Assembly: GCA_900540385.1 (NCBI GenBank) | Contig: UQFY01000003.1 | Location: 64,715-128,714, forward strand | Reading direction: 5' to 3' | Length of the DNA stretch: 64,000 nt | Source of the DNA: an uncultured Mollicutes bacterium | Lineage (GTDB): Bacteria; Bacillota_I; Bacilli_A; RFN20; CAG-826 | In this document: one piece after another, positions 63,269-64,000 of the stretch | How the letters are laid out: every line of letters begins with the position of its first letter | How positions within the stretch are numbered: the first letter of the stretch is position 1 | Program-made: the position numbers and the translations under genes | The notes under the pieces: generated by a model | The model's input: only the letters and a program-made list of their open reading frames with translations | What the model was told of the DNA's origin: nothing | The model's database searches: none

Positions 63269-64000
63269 ATGGCAAACCCTCTTAGTCACACTTTATCCGC
63301 GGTTCGCATCATCAAAAGAGAACTCGCCAAAATCAAAAAGATATTAAACATCGTTGTTCAGGTGCTTTTCCTTGCTTATTTTCTCTATTTGATTTTTTCG
63401 AATTTAAACTCTTTGAGCTATGTCATCATTTATTCACTTATTCTTTCCGTTTCTTTAGCAAGTATCCTTATTGAACCTGTATATAAAATTGATACGAATG
63501 ACGAAAAAAGCGTGATTCGTAGCAAAAAGAAGCAGAAACGTATCGCTTTGCTCTTCTTAAAAAGCATGAAATATATCTGCAAACTTGTTGCTATTTTGAT
63601 TGCAGTTTATGAAATCTCTTCTCATGGTTCATCGGATTTGTCCATCTTAGCTACCATCGGTTCGGGAATTCTTTTATTAATCCAAGTCTTCGTTGATTCT
63701 ATTGTATTGCTCGTGAATCGTTATGTTGATCTTCTTCAACTAGCCTTAGAAGAAGATGTCCGTTCTAGCAAACTCATACAATTTGTACTCAATTTCAACC
63801 ATAAGGATTACGTAAACGAATTAAAAGAAGATCAAAAGACTTATACGGAGGAAGAGAAACGGATTATTTATCTGCTTGAGAATGCTGATCGTTTGGAAGA
63901 AGAAAAGCAAAGCAAAAAGACAATCAAAGCCGTTCCCGTTAACAAAGAGATTCTTGAATTGTTCTCCAACCTTAAAAAAGACGCGACCCATGTATTAGAA
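63269..64000 (+). CDS. Membrane protein of unknown function, 3' end outside the window
   Basis: The frame is open from the ATG at 63269 to the window end (244 codons). Two hydrophobic pairs are followed by a charged tail. It is absent from the ORF track because it has no stop in the window. Confidence 0.5.
   Translation, partial: MANPLSHTLSAVRIIKRELAKIKKILNIVVQVLFLAYFLYLIFSNLNSLSYVIIYSLILSVSLASILIEPVYKIDTNDEKSVIRSKKKQKRIALLFLKSMKYICKLVAILIAVYEISSHGSSDLSILATIGSGILLLIQVFVDSIVLLVNRYVDLLQLALEEDVRSSKLIQFVLNFNHKDYVNELKEDQKTYTEEEKRIIYLLENADRLEEEKQSKKTIKAVPVNKEILELFSNLKKDATHVLE

Noticed and set aside
1-64000. Mycoplasma-type genetic code (TGA = Trp), suggested by the Mollicutes-like features
   Set aside because: TGA terminates well-supported genes in ATGA stop/start overlaps (relB/relE at 51468-51471 and 58010-58013). 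Long ORFs are intact under code 11, with Trp encoded by TGG.

Overview
This 64 kb window is a low-GC, Firmicutes-type chromosomal segment. It uses the standard genetic code: TGA acts as a stop in ATGA stop/start overlaps at 51468 and 58010, and Trp is TGG. GGAGG-type ribosome-binding sites are common, and nine predicted lipoproteins carry an x-S/T-C lipobox, which fits a Bacilli, Erysipelotrichia or Mollicutes-like gut or host-associated organism. I call about 57 protein genes and 3 tRNAs (His-GUG, Ser-GCU, Ser-CGA). I saw no rRNA, CRISPR array or intact transposase.

Layout:
- 1-4.6 kb is an accessory-looking edge. It holds an overlapping tri-cistron (DUF4417-like, C80/CPD-like His-Cys protein, Zn-ribbon protein), a surface endonuclease I lipoprotein, and an AlbA_2/Schlafen-type wHTH gene bracketed by two perfect 58-bp iteron blocks.
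- 4.6-7.5 kb is a polar amino-acid ABC importer behind a candidate lysine riboswitch.
- 9.5-25.7 kb is a minus-strand glycan-utilisation region: an Mgl/Rbs-type ABC importer, a binding-protein/YesM/YesN-type three-component sensor, a beta-helix lipoprotein, a domain-permuted GH3 and a Big_2 lipoprotein.
- 26-38.8 kb holds an AT-rich MFS gene next to tRNA-His, housekeeping genes (rex, nnrD, methyltransferases), lipoproteins and a GH38 alpha-mannosidase.
- 40.4-46.8 kb encodes a 1943-aa protein that fuses a transglutaminase-like domain, a DUF4011-like region, an Upf1-like SF1 helicase, a Vsr/DUF559-like endonuclease and a DUF3320-like tail. A 177-aa ORF precedes it, directly behind the proS terminator. 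This is my best candidate for an undescribed nucleic-acid surveillance or defence module.
- 50.2-52.0 kb is a GC-richer islet at tRNA-Ser(CGA). It has about 90-bp imperfect direct repeats, relBE, a possible integrase remnant and a roughly 0.9 kb ORF-free stretch.
- 52-64 kb is core housekeeping: coaD, rsmD, def, rnj, maf and a DUF368 protein.

All family assignments rest on motifs read by eye and on recalled family signatures. No searches were run.
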